Shown here: positions 9,534 through 17,462 of the stretch, in pieces
Layout of the letters: each line of letters begins with the position of its first letter
Numbering within the stretch: the stretch's first letter is position 1
Assembly (NCBI GenBank): GCA_965261085.1
Contig: OZ253442.1
Coordinates: forward strand, 2,528,001 to 2,592,000
Source of the DNA: a bacterium
GTDB lineage: Bacteria > UBA8248
Length of the DNA stretch: 64,000 nt
Direction: 5' to 3'
Translations under genes and position numbers: made by a program
The notes under the pieces: generated by a model
Database searches by the model: none
What the model was told of the DNA's origin: nothing
Seen by the model: the letters and a program-made list of their open reading frames with translations, nothing else

Positions 9534-10886
9534 TCAACCACCCGGGCGCGTCACGGTGTTGCCGTACCCCGCTCGGCCTGTCACCTCGCCGTCTTCCATC
9601 ACGACTTCGCCGCGCACGAGCGTCATCACGGGCGCGCCCTTCACCCCCCAGCCGTCAAAGGGCGTCCACTTGCATTTGGAGACGATGTCCGCGTCGCGCA
9701 GCGTCTCTTCCTTGTCCATGTCCACGACGATGAAGTCCGCATCCGCGCCCACCTGGATGCACCCCTTGCGGGGATAGATGCGGAATACGCGCGCGGGCTG
9801 CTCGCAGCAGATGCGCACCATCTGGTTGAGGGTCAGGACGCCCTCGCTCACGGCGTTGAGCATGAGGCGCACCGTCGTCTCCACGCCCGGTATCCCGAAG
9901 GGGGCTTCATGGATGTTCTCGAGGCCGTCCACCTTCCGCTGGCGGGGGAAGGGGCAGTGGTCGGTGCCGATGGTGTCCACCATGCCGCGCCCCAGGGCTT
10001 GGCGCATTCCGTCCCGCGTCTCGGCCGAGCGAATCACAGGCGTGAACTTGACGAACGGCCCGAGTTTTTCCAAATGCGAATGATCGAGATAGAAATACTG
10101 GGGGCAGCTTTCGGCGAAAATCCTCGCGCCCCGCCCGCGCGCCGCCCGAATGGCTCTGAGCAGCACGGGCTGGCTCACGTGGGCCACCAGCACCGTGCAG
10201 CCCGTGAGTTCGGCCAGGGCCACGGCGTCCAGTGTCGCCACATATTCGCTCTCTGGGTTTCGCCAGTCGCTGATGCACATATAGTCCGTTCTGTTGTCGG
10301 CGTCGATTTTCTCTTTTGATTTCTTGAGTATGGAATCGCTCTCACAGTGCAACATCACCGTCGCGCCGAAGGATTTGGCCTCGCGCATGATGTTCAAGAG
10401 CGCGCCCTCGGACAAATCGGGCACGCCGTGCAACTCGCACATGAAGCCTTTGAAGCCGAGCGCGCCGCCCTCCCACATGGGGCGCAAGTGTTCCAGGTTG
10501 TCGACGTCGAGGCCGCCCAACTGCCCGAAATCCACCACCGCGCGCGAGTCGATGTAGGCCGTTTTCTCCTCTAATATCTCTCGCGTGTAGACGAGCGGCT
10601 CGCTCCGGTGATGGTCGATCACCGTGGTGATGCCGCCCCTGGCCGCCGCCTCGGTGCCCGTCGTCCAGTCTTCCCTGTCCGTGAAGCCGGGGTCCATCAT
10701 GTGCACGTGCTCATCCACCATGCCCGGCAGGAGAAAGCGGCCCCCTGCGTCGATTTCGCGCGCAGCACCCGTTTCGGCTTTTTGCGTGATGGCGGAAATC
10801 CGCCCCCCCTCCACGTAGACGCAGCCCTCATACGTGCCTGCGGGCGTCACGATTTTTGCGTTCTTGATCAAAAGGTCGGCGCTCAT
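9534..10886 (-). CDS. Cyclic amidohydrolase (allantoinase/dihydroorotase/hydantoinase family)
   Basis: PGMVDEHVH, AAARGGITTVID, GFKGFM (carbamylated Lys), HCE, HVS, GTDHCP. Confidence 0.88.
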   Translation of the reverse strand: MSADLLIKNAKIVTPAGTYEGCVYVEGGRISAITQKAETGAAREIDAGGRFLLPGMVDEHVHMMDPGFTDREDWTTGTEAAARGGITTVIDHHRSEPLVYTREILEEKTAYIDSRAVVDFGQLGGLDVDNLEHLRPMWEGGALGFKGFMCELHGVPDLSEGALLNIMREAKSFGATVMLHCESDSILKKSKEKIDADNRTDYMCISDWRNPESEYVATLDAVALAELTGCTVLVAHVSQPVLLRAIRAARGRGARIFAESCPQYFYLDHSHLEKLGPFVKFTPVIRSAETRDGMRQALGRGMVDTIGTDHCPFPRQRKVDGLENIHEAPFGIPGVETTVRLMLNAVSEGVLTLNQMVRICCEQPARVFRIYPRKGCIQVGADADFIVVDMDKEETLRDADIVSKCKWTPFDGWGVKGAPVMTLVRGEVVMEDGEVTGRAGYGNTVTRPGG

Positions 10887-11090
10887 CCGGATACCCTTTC
10901 ATGATTTTGGCGATTCGGCATCAAACTTCGCATGGTTCGAGAATGGAGGGCATTATGACGCATTAGAGCGCGGGGAGCCAAGAGGGGAGGGATGTTGAAG
11001 TGTGCAGTGAGGGAAGTGCGCAAGAATTATAAAAGGCGCTTTCTGCTTTTTAATGTAATGCTGAAAATCGCTCCTTATGCTCGGGTTTTA

Positions 11091-11286
11091 CACTCCCCCC
11101 TTGAGGGTCGGGCTTTCCGAGGGGAAAGTCCGTCGGCAAGACGAAGGCGTAAGCCTGAAGTCGTGCCGGTGGGGGGAGCATTAGCTTTAGAATCGTCCCC
11201 CCACCGCATCAGCCTTCGCCAAAGCCGCTCGGCTTCTGTGACATTCCCTCCCTCTTCGGTCGGAAATGACCCTCAAGGGGGGAGTG
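11091..11286. repeat. 196-bp palindromic element (MITE/REP-like) with perfect 19-bp terminal inverted repeats
   Basis: CACTCCCCCCTTGAGGGTC (11091-11109) / GACCCTCAAGGGGGGAGTG (11268-11286); nested internal inverted repeats. Confidence 0.8.
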
Positions 11287-11346
11287 ATTAGAATCCTTTG
11301 GGTAACGAAAAATATAGGGTTAATTACGACCTGTCCTTCCCGCCCC

Positions 11347-12243
11347 CTAATTCACCCCTTTCGCTTTCGGCGCCAGCCCCAGTTCCCGTCTTTTCTGGAT
11401 GACGCCCGAGAGGCGGTACCAGGCCTCGCGGCCGGGGTCGATCTGAGAGCCGCGTTCAATGAGGCGCGACGCCAAGTCCAGCTCCTTGTTCAGGTAGACG
11501 AGCAATGAGGAGAGGTTCACCAGGACGCCCGTGTCTTCGGGCGATAATTCCTCCGCCGCCTTGAGCACCTTTTCCGCCTCTTCGTAGAGGTATTGGGAGA
11601 CCAGGTATTTGGCGTACTTGTTGGAGACGATCGGGTTCTCGGGGTCGAGTTCACGGGCTTTTCGGTATGCGGCGAGCGTTTCCTCCAAATCACCCGCCTC
11701 GTCCATCATCTTCGCCAGGGCGAGCCAGGCGTCCACGTTTCCGGGGTTGATCTCGAGATCGCGGCGGATGAGCCTGAGAGCGGCCTCGTCGTTTTTTTTC
11801 TCCAAAAGCCTCAGCGCGCGTTCATAAAGCGCGCTCGTGGTTTTCTGGAGAATCGAAAAACCCTCGTCCGATTCGATGATTCTCGACGTCGCCCCGAGCT
11901 TCAAATCCTGCACCTCGGCCCGGGTGCCGACGCTCAGTTCAGGAGGCTGCGTCTTTTGGATGGAGCGCGCTTTTTCTCTGAACTCACGGGCCACCTTGCG
12001 GAAGGGAATCCCGAGAATGGCGGTCTTGTCATACGCCTCTTTCGCCATGTCGTAGGTGGGAAGCGTCAGGACGCGGAAAAAATGCGGCTCTTCCGGTTTT
12101 TTCTTAAGGGGCGGTTTTGATTCGAGCGCTGGTTCCTTCTTCTCCTGGGGAAGGAAGAGGGCGCGGATGTTCGCGCAACCTGTAAGCAACAGAAACGCCG
12201 CCGGCGCGGCGATAATTATTCCGAGCCGCCTGCCTCCTCGCAT
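11347..12243 (-). CDS. Lipoprotein with degenerate parvulin/rotamase-like domain and C-terminal TPRs
   Basis: Lipobox LLTGC; F..VAREF and LKLG..SRIIES..GFSIL parvulin-like segments; TPR signatures (AWLALA..AYRKARELDPEN). Confidence 0.75.
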   Translation of the reverse strand: MRGGRRLGIIIAAPAAFLLLTGCANIRALFLPQEKKEPALESKPPLKKKPEEPHFFRVLTLPTYDMAKEAYDKTAILGIPFRKVAREFREKARSIQKTQPPELSVGTRAEVQDLKLGATSRIIESDEGFSILQKTTSALYERALRLLEKKNDEAALRLIRRDLEINPGNVDAWLALAKMMDEAGDLEETLAAYRKARELDPENPIVSNKYAKYLVSQYLYEEAEKVLKAAEELSPEDTGVLVNLSSLLVYLNKELDLASRLIERGSQIDPGREAWYRLSGVIQKRRELGLAPKAKGVN

Positions 12244-12250
12244 GGTGGGG

Positions 12251-12883
12251 CTAGGCGTCCGCGGGCTCGGCCACGACACGCTCGAAGGTTTTCATGAAAA
12301 CCTCCATCGGCTGCGCGCCGGTGATTCTGTATTTGCCGGAAAAATCGACCGTGGGTGTGGATTGCACTCCTGCGTTCAGCGCCTCGATGTGATCCGCCCA
12401 GACGCGCTTTTCCATATCCTGATCGGCCATGACCTCGCGCATGATCGAAGGCTCCGCCCCCAGTCGCTCGGCGGCGGCCACGAGCACGCCCGTGTCGTCG
12501 ATGTTCAGGCACTCGACCAGATGCGTTCGCTCCACGGCTTCCAGAAAATCGCCCTCCCGCTCCGGGAGTAGAGCGGCGAAGGCCTTGATGGCGATTGCGC
12601 CGGGGGTGGAATGGGGGTAGGGGAAATCGCGGCGCGCCATGAGTTCGGGATTGATCGCCTCGCCCCCGGGGTGGCCTTTCGCCATTGCCCAATGACCCAT
12701 GATGGCCTCCTTGCGGGACGGACGATTGTCCGGCTCGGGCGAGAGCAGAAAGGCGCGATACCGGATGGCGAGGAGCCCGCCCGCCATCTCCGTCAGTTTT
12801 CGCAACCGCCCGGTTGCGATCAGGCACCAGGCTCAGTGGACGCAATAGGTATACGTGGCTTCTATGACTGGTTCGTTCGGCAA
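12251..12883 (-). CDS. DsbA/FrnE-family oxidoreductase, probable selenoprotein (in-frame UGA at 12835-12833 in a UxxC motif)
   Basis: Frame upstream of ORF 12251..12805 reads LPNEPVIEATYTYCVH-TGA-AWCLIATGRL; C-terminal GVQSTPT cis-Pro loop and ITGAQP typical of FrnE; hairpin 3' of the UGA. Confidence 0.85.
12800..12819 (-). promoter_or_regulatory. Candidate bacterial SECIS element
   Basis: On the mRNA: UCGCAACC-GGGC-GGUUGCGA, a perfect 8-bp stem with a G-starting tetraloop; the loop begins 21 nt after the UGA. Confidence 0.7.
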
Positions 12884-12962
12884 TACATGGCCCTCATCGT
12901 TCGGCGGATTTGATGGCCGATCCTTTCATCTCCGAGGATTCAGCGCAAATACAGAATGCAAA

Positions 12963-13649
12963 TCAGCGCAGATATTCCCGCGTATGCGGAGCGAGCGAGA
13001 CGTTTCGGGAGAGACGGCCCTTCAGGGCCTCCAAATCGTCCGCCTTGTCGACGTCGCGCCATTCCGGGAGGAGGGAAGTCCCGATGCCGAGCGCGCCCGC
13101 TCTCTCTATCGTGCGGGAGAGCACCTCGTTCGTGCTCCAGGGGATGTCAACAAAAATATCAGGGACGAACCGGTTCATCCCGATGAGGTAATAGCCCCCG
13201 TCCGCCGCAGGGCCGAGCGTGATCTTGGGGTCATCCCCGCTATCCAGATTCCGAAACGCTTCGAGCAGAACGTCGTCTGGAAGATCCGGAAAATCCGTGC
13301 CGATGAGCACTGCGCTCCTCCCGGCCGTCAGGCATCGGCCCAGAGCCGCCGCCATGCGCGCCCCCAGGTCCGCTCCCGTTTGCGCACGATGGAGAAATGC
13401 GCCGGGCAGCCAGTCGGCGAGCGGAAATTCATCGAGCGACTCCCCGCGCTCCAGGGCCCACTCGCAGACGAGGCTGACGCTTGGCCTCACGAGGCTGAGC
13501 GCGCGCGCCGTCTCGGCGGCGTCTTGCAGAAAACAATTATATAGACGCGCGGCGCCCTCGCGCCCGAGACTTATGCCGAGGCGCGTCTTCACCCGGCCGG
13601 CGAGGGGCGGTTTGGCGAACAGGATGAGAGATTCGGCCGCCATCGTCAT
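12963..13649 (-). CDS. TIGR04282/DUF2064 family glycosyltransferase-like (CofC-like) protein
   Basis: FAKPP..GRVKTRL, Q.GADLGARM, LIGTD.P, LGPAADGGYYLIG, IPWST, DVD..DDL. Confidence 0.92.
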   Translation of the reverse strand: MTMAAESLILFAKPPLAGRVKTRLGISLGREGAARLYNCFLQDAAETARALSLVRPSVSLVCEWALERGESLDEFPLADWLPGAFLHRAQTGADLGARMAAALGRCLTAGRSAVLIGTDFPDLPDDVLLEAFRNLDSGDDPKITLGPAADGGYYLIGMNRFVPDIFVDIPWSTNEVLSRTIERAGALGIGTSLLPEWRDVDKADDLEALKGRLSRNVSLAPHTREYLR

Positions 13650-13753
13650 TCCCGATGAGGAAGGGTCTGTGGAGTAAAACTCCTCGTCTTGGTAGAATCA
13701 TACCCTCGTTTGATTACCATTTCGCGTCACACCGAGCAAAAAGGACACACAAC

Positions 13754-14197
13754 ATGGAATTCAACCAGGAGATTACGGTCGCCGCCCCCCGGGATAAGGT
13801 GTGGGATTTCATCTGGCGCGTCGAGGAGTTCGCCGCCTGCGTGCCCGGCGTGAAGGATGTGGAGAAAATAGACGACATGACCTACGGCGTGAGGGTCGAG
13901 CAGAAGGTCAGTTTCCTGAAGGCGAGCTTTCAACTCCAGATCAAAATCGAAGAAGTCCGTGCGCCCGAGTACATCCGCACGGTGGGCGAGGGGAAGGATT
14001 CGAAAATCGCGGCGAGCCTCAGGCAGAAAAACGAGGTGACGCTCGAGGCCGTCTCCGAGAACGAAACCAAGGTGCGCATCGATTCCACCGTCGACGTTTT
14101 CGGGAAACTCGGCTCGCTGGGCTTCAGCGTCATCAAGAACCAGGCGAACAAGATTTTCGCCGAATTCGCAAAGAACGTGAAAGAAAAGGTGGAATAA
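13754..14197 (+). CDS. CoxG / SRPBCC family protein
   Basis: APRDKVWDF...ACVPG, V.V.GKLGSLG pattern; ATG at 13754. Confidence 0.88.
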   Translation: MEFNQEITVAAPRDKVWDFIWRVEEFAACVPGVKDVEKIDDMTYGVRVEQKVSFLKASFQLQIKIEEVRAPEYIRTVGEGKDSKIAASLRQKNEVTLEAVSENETKVRIDSTVDVFGKLGSLGFSVIKNQANKIFAEFAKNVKEKVE

Positions 14198-14282
14198 AGA
14201 AGAAAACCTCTCGCCGCGCGGCGTACCTCTCCGACTGAGGATCAGAGAATCTTAGGGCCGCGACGGCTTTCTTGGGCCTTCT

Positions 14283-14758
14283 TCAGGGCCGCTTGATTAT
14301 CCACTCCTCCACCAGTTCACAGCCGCTCTCGCGGTAGAGCGCGGAAATGGGGCAGCGCCCGTGATGCTGGCGCTTGAGTTCCTCGACCCGCTCGTCGGGC
14401 TCATCGGTGGTGAGGTGAATTTTGCCTCCACGTAATCGAAGTTGGGGCTGATGCCGTTGTCCGGGTCCTTTGCGCCCCTGGGGTCGGCCGTGCCGCGAAC
14501 CTCCACCTCCTGGGCGATGACGTTGAAGTCGAGTCCCTCGGCCACCTTGTTCGTGATGACCGTGATGCAGGCGGAAAGCGCGCCGAGCGCGAGTTCGCGC
14601 GGCGTGGGGCCGGTGTCGGTTCCGCCGCCCTGGGCGGGTTCATCGGCGATGAAGGCGTGCTTCCGCGCTTTTATCTCCACCCGGCAGCCTTCTGTGCGCC
14701 TGGCCCTCACCCGGCGTTCCTGCTTGGCTATCACTTCCTTGTCCACGGCTTCCACCAT
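14283..14758 (-). pseudogene. OsmC/Ohr family protein with a 1-nt frameshift near 14420-14423
   Basis: DEP..GGGTDTGPTP.EL.LGAL.AC in one frame; the second conserved Cys (RCPIS) and a natural C-terminus lie in another frame. Confidence 0.8.
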
Positions 14759-14808
14759 CTGTATTTCTCCTTAAAATCATAAAAGCGAATAGAACCTGCG
14801 AATGAAAC

Positions 14809-15870
14809 TTAATCAAACACCACCGCGGCTCTTCCGGTCACCCGGTTTTCGATGAGCGCCTGGAAGGCTTCTTCCGTCTCCTCGAGCGGGAAGGTCTCGG
14901 TGACGATGGGCTTGATTCTCCCCTGCTGAACCAGCGCGAGCGATTGGTTGAGTTCTTCCATCGAGCAGTAGCGCGAGCCGTGAATCTCCTGCGCATAGGT
15001 GAGCAGATGCAGCGGGTCGACCGTGAAGTTCGGTGAGACGTTGTTATACGCCGCCGCCGGGCGGTAGCCCACGATCACCAGCTTGCCCGCGCGCGCCAGG
15101 CTGGCGATGCCCGCCTCGAGCGTCTCGCGCGAGGCCACGTAGTCGATGTAGGCGTCCACCCCGCGCCCGTCGGTCAGGGAGAGGATTTCCTCCACGGTGT
15201 CGGTCTGCGCCGGGTTCAGGGTGGCGAAGGCCCCGAGTTCGGAGACGGTCTCGAGTTTTTTCTCCGACACGTCTATTCCGATGACGTGGCCGCCGCACAC
15301 CTGGGCCATCTGCACCGCGTGAATCGCCACGCCGCCGCCCGCGCCCACGATCGCCACCACGTCGCCGGGTTTGATCTGAGCCTCGGCCACGCAGTTGTGA
15401 TAGGGCGTGCAGATGGCGTCCGCCGCCACGCAGGCGTCGAGTGAGGTGACGCCGTCTGGGATCTTGCACAGGTTCACGGCGGGGACGGTCGTGTATTCGG
15501 CATAGCCCCCGTCCATGACGAGGCCGAAATATCCCCTGAAATTCTCGCAAAGCGTTTCGCGCCCGCTGCGGCAGAACCGGCAGTTGTGGCAGGTGAGGTA
15601 GAAATGGCACGTCACGTGAGCGCCCACGCCCACGTTCGTGACGTGGGAGCCCGTCTCGACGACCTCGCCCGCGATTTCGTGTCCCAGAATTCTCGGGTAT
15701 TCATCCACCAGACCCGGTGTGCTCCGCATGATGACCAGCGTGAGGCCCACGCCCGTGGCCTTGAGGCGTACGAGGGCGTCGTTCGGCCCGGGTTGAGGCA
15801 CCGGAACCTCCTCAAGCTGAAACGAGCCGCCCAACTCATGAAGCCGCATTGCTTTCATCGTGGATGCCAT
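14809..15870 (-). CDS. Zinc-binding (MDR) alcohol dehydrogenase family protein
   Basis: ILGHE.AG, structural Zn CxxCxxC...C, GAGGGV nucleotide-binding motif. Confidence 0.9.
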   Translation of the reverse strand: MASTMKAMRLHELGGSFQLEEVPVPQPGPNDALVRLKATGVGLTLVIMRSTPGLVDEYPRILGHEIAGEVVETGSHVTNVGVGAHVTCHFYLTCHNCRFCRSGRETLCENFRGYFGLVMDGGYAEYTTVPAVNLCKIPDGVTSLDACVAADAICTPYHNCVAEAQIKPGDVVAIVGAGGGVAIHAVQMAQVCGGHVIGIDVSEKKLETVSELGAFATLNPAQTDTVEEILSLTDGRGVDAYIDYVASRETLEAGIASLARAGKLVIVGYRPAAAYNNVSPNFTVDPLHLLTYAQEIHGSRYCSMEELNQSLALVQQGRIKPIVTETFPLEETEEAFQALIENRVTGRAAVVFD

Positions 15871-16109
15871 GTCTTCGCCTCCTTCGCTCTCATCGGGTGC
15901 GCCAGTCGCAACGAATGGATATGTCGAAATGTTGTTATACGACTTTAAGGCTTTTCACCCGGCCTGAAAAGTGGCGAGGCGCGTTTCGCACGCCTGAATT
16001 TTCCGCGCCGACCTCATCTATTCTATCCATATTGCAAGAGTCCTCCTTATATCCATTTCGCGTGGACTCGTGCTAAAATTCGCCGAACGCGCCGCGAAGG
16101 AGAGGTATT

Positions 16110-16502
16110 TTGGTCTTCAAACTATTTTTGCTCTTCACGCTCATCCCAATCATCGAATTGATGATTCTCATCGATCTGGGAAGTTCCATCGGCTTGGCCC
16201 CCACGCTGGGGGTCGTCATCCTCACCGGCGCGCTGGGCGCATGGGCGGCGAGAACCCAGGGATTTTACGTGGTTTCCCGCATACAGGCGGAAATGGCGGA
16301 GGGGAGGCTCCCCGGGGCCGAGATGGTCGAGGGCGCGATGGTGCTCGTGGGCGGCGTGTTGCTCTTGACACCCGGTCTTCTGACGGACGCCGCCGGTTTC
16401 GCCCTGATGGTCCCCGCCGTACGGGCCGTGATGCGGGGCTGGCTGATGAGAAAATTCGAAAAAATGATCGACGAGGGAAAGGTGCATGTCCACCGTGGCT
16501 AG
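16110..16502 (+). CDS. fxsA: FxsA family membrane protein
   Basis: P..EL..LI..G..IG..PTL, GGVLLLTPG..TD..G. Confidence 0.9.
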   Translation: MVFKLFLLFTLIPIIELMILIDLGSSIGLAPTLGVVILTGALGAWAARTQGFYVVSRIQAEMAEGRLPGAEMVEGAMVLVGGVLLLTPGLLTDAAGFALMVPAVRAVMRGWLMRKFEKMIDEGKVHVHRG

Positions 16503-17433
16503 AGTGGAGCGCTTAGAGCCCGGTCACCGCGATGCGCTGGCCGCATTGGCAGCGGATGCCTTCGGGCTTTCGCGCGAAGAGGTGGTCGGCGGTTTCGGCG
16601 CGCCGGGTACGAAGGTCTGGCTGGTTTGGCCGGGCGAGGGGGACGACGAGGTTCCGGCGGGCTATTGCCGCATGGTGGTGAACAGGGAGACGAGAGCGCG
16701 GGACAGAGCCTGTATCGACGCCCTTTTCGTTCGGCCCGATGGCAGAAAGGCGGGCTATGCGCGGCATCTCCTGGAGGCGGCCCTCGCCGAGGCGAAAGAA
16801 AACGGCCTGGGGGGTATATGGGCGTATCTGCCCGTCTCGCTTCCGGGGCGTTTCGTGTATCTGAGCGGTGGACGGAAGGTTCACGATCTTCGCTTCCTGA
16901 AGCATGACTCGCTCAAGGAACTGGGGGAGCCACGCCTGCCGGCGGGCTACGGCGTTCGCGCGGCGGCTCTGCCCGGCGATGCGGAATACCTCGCCGATCT
17001 GTTCAACGAAATTTTCGGAGACATGTGGAATTTCATGCGCCATACGCCCGAGACGATCAGCGCCTGGTACCATGCGCCGGATACGCGCCCGGAAAATTCA
17101 CTCATCCTGGAATTCTTGGATGGAGAATCGGGAGACCCCGAGGGAGCGGGGATGGCGATACTGGCCGTCGACCCGAGCCGATTGGCCTCGGGCGATAAAT
17201 CCGCCTATATTCCCGACCTAGGCGTCATGCGCGCCCACCGCAGAAGAGGGCTGGGCCGCTTGCTGATTCAGGCGTCCGCCCAAAGGGCGTTGACCTGCGG
17301 CGCGGAAGCGCTCGAACTCATCGTCTCGGCCGATGACGGGGATGTGCGCGCGTTTTATCAAGATCTGGGATTTGGCGAGGTGGGAGTCATCAGTGTGTAT
17401 GAATGGCTCTGCGATAACCTAGAATCAAATTGA
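16486..17433 (+). CDS. Tandem-domain GNAT N-acetyltransferase
   Basis: Two acetyl-CoA motifs: V.PDGRKAGYA and V.RAHRRRGLG; FYQDLGF. Confidence 0.85.
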   Translation: MSTVARVERLEPGHRDALAALAADAFGLSREEVVGGFGAPGTKVWLVWPGEGDDEVPAGYCRMVVNRETRARDRACIDALFVRPDGRKAGYARHLLEAALAEAKENGLGGIWAYLPVSLPGRFVYLSGGRKVHDLRFLKHDSLKELGEPRLPAGYGVRAAALPGDAEYLADLFNEIFGDMWNFMRHTPETISAWYHAPDTRPENSLILEFLDGESGDPEGAGMAILAVDPSRLASGDKSAYIPDLGVMRAHRRRGLGRLLIQASAQRALTCGAEALELIVSADDGDVRAFYQDLGFGEVGVISVYEWLCDNLESN

Positions 17434-17462
17434 ATAATATCTTGTAACTATCTGTTATTAGA

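Noticed and set aside
12894-12965. UGA read-through at the end of the TIGR04282 gene
   Set aside because: The protein ends where the family normally ends, and no SECIS-like hairpin follows.
16030-16080. CIRCE heat-shock operator upstream of fxsA
   Set aside because: Only a partial right arm (GTGCTAA) is present, with no TTAGCACTC left arm at 9-nt spacing.
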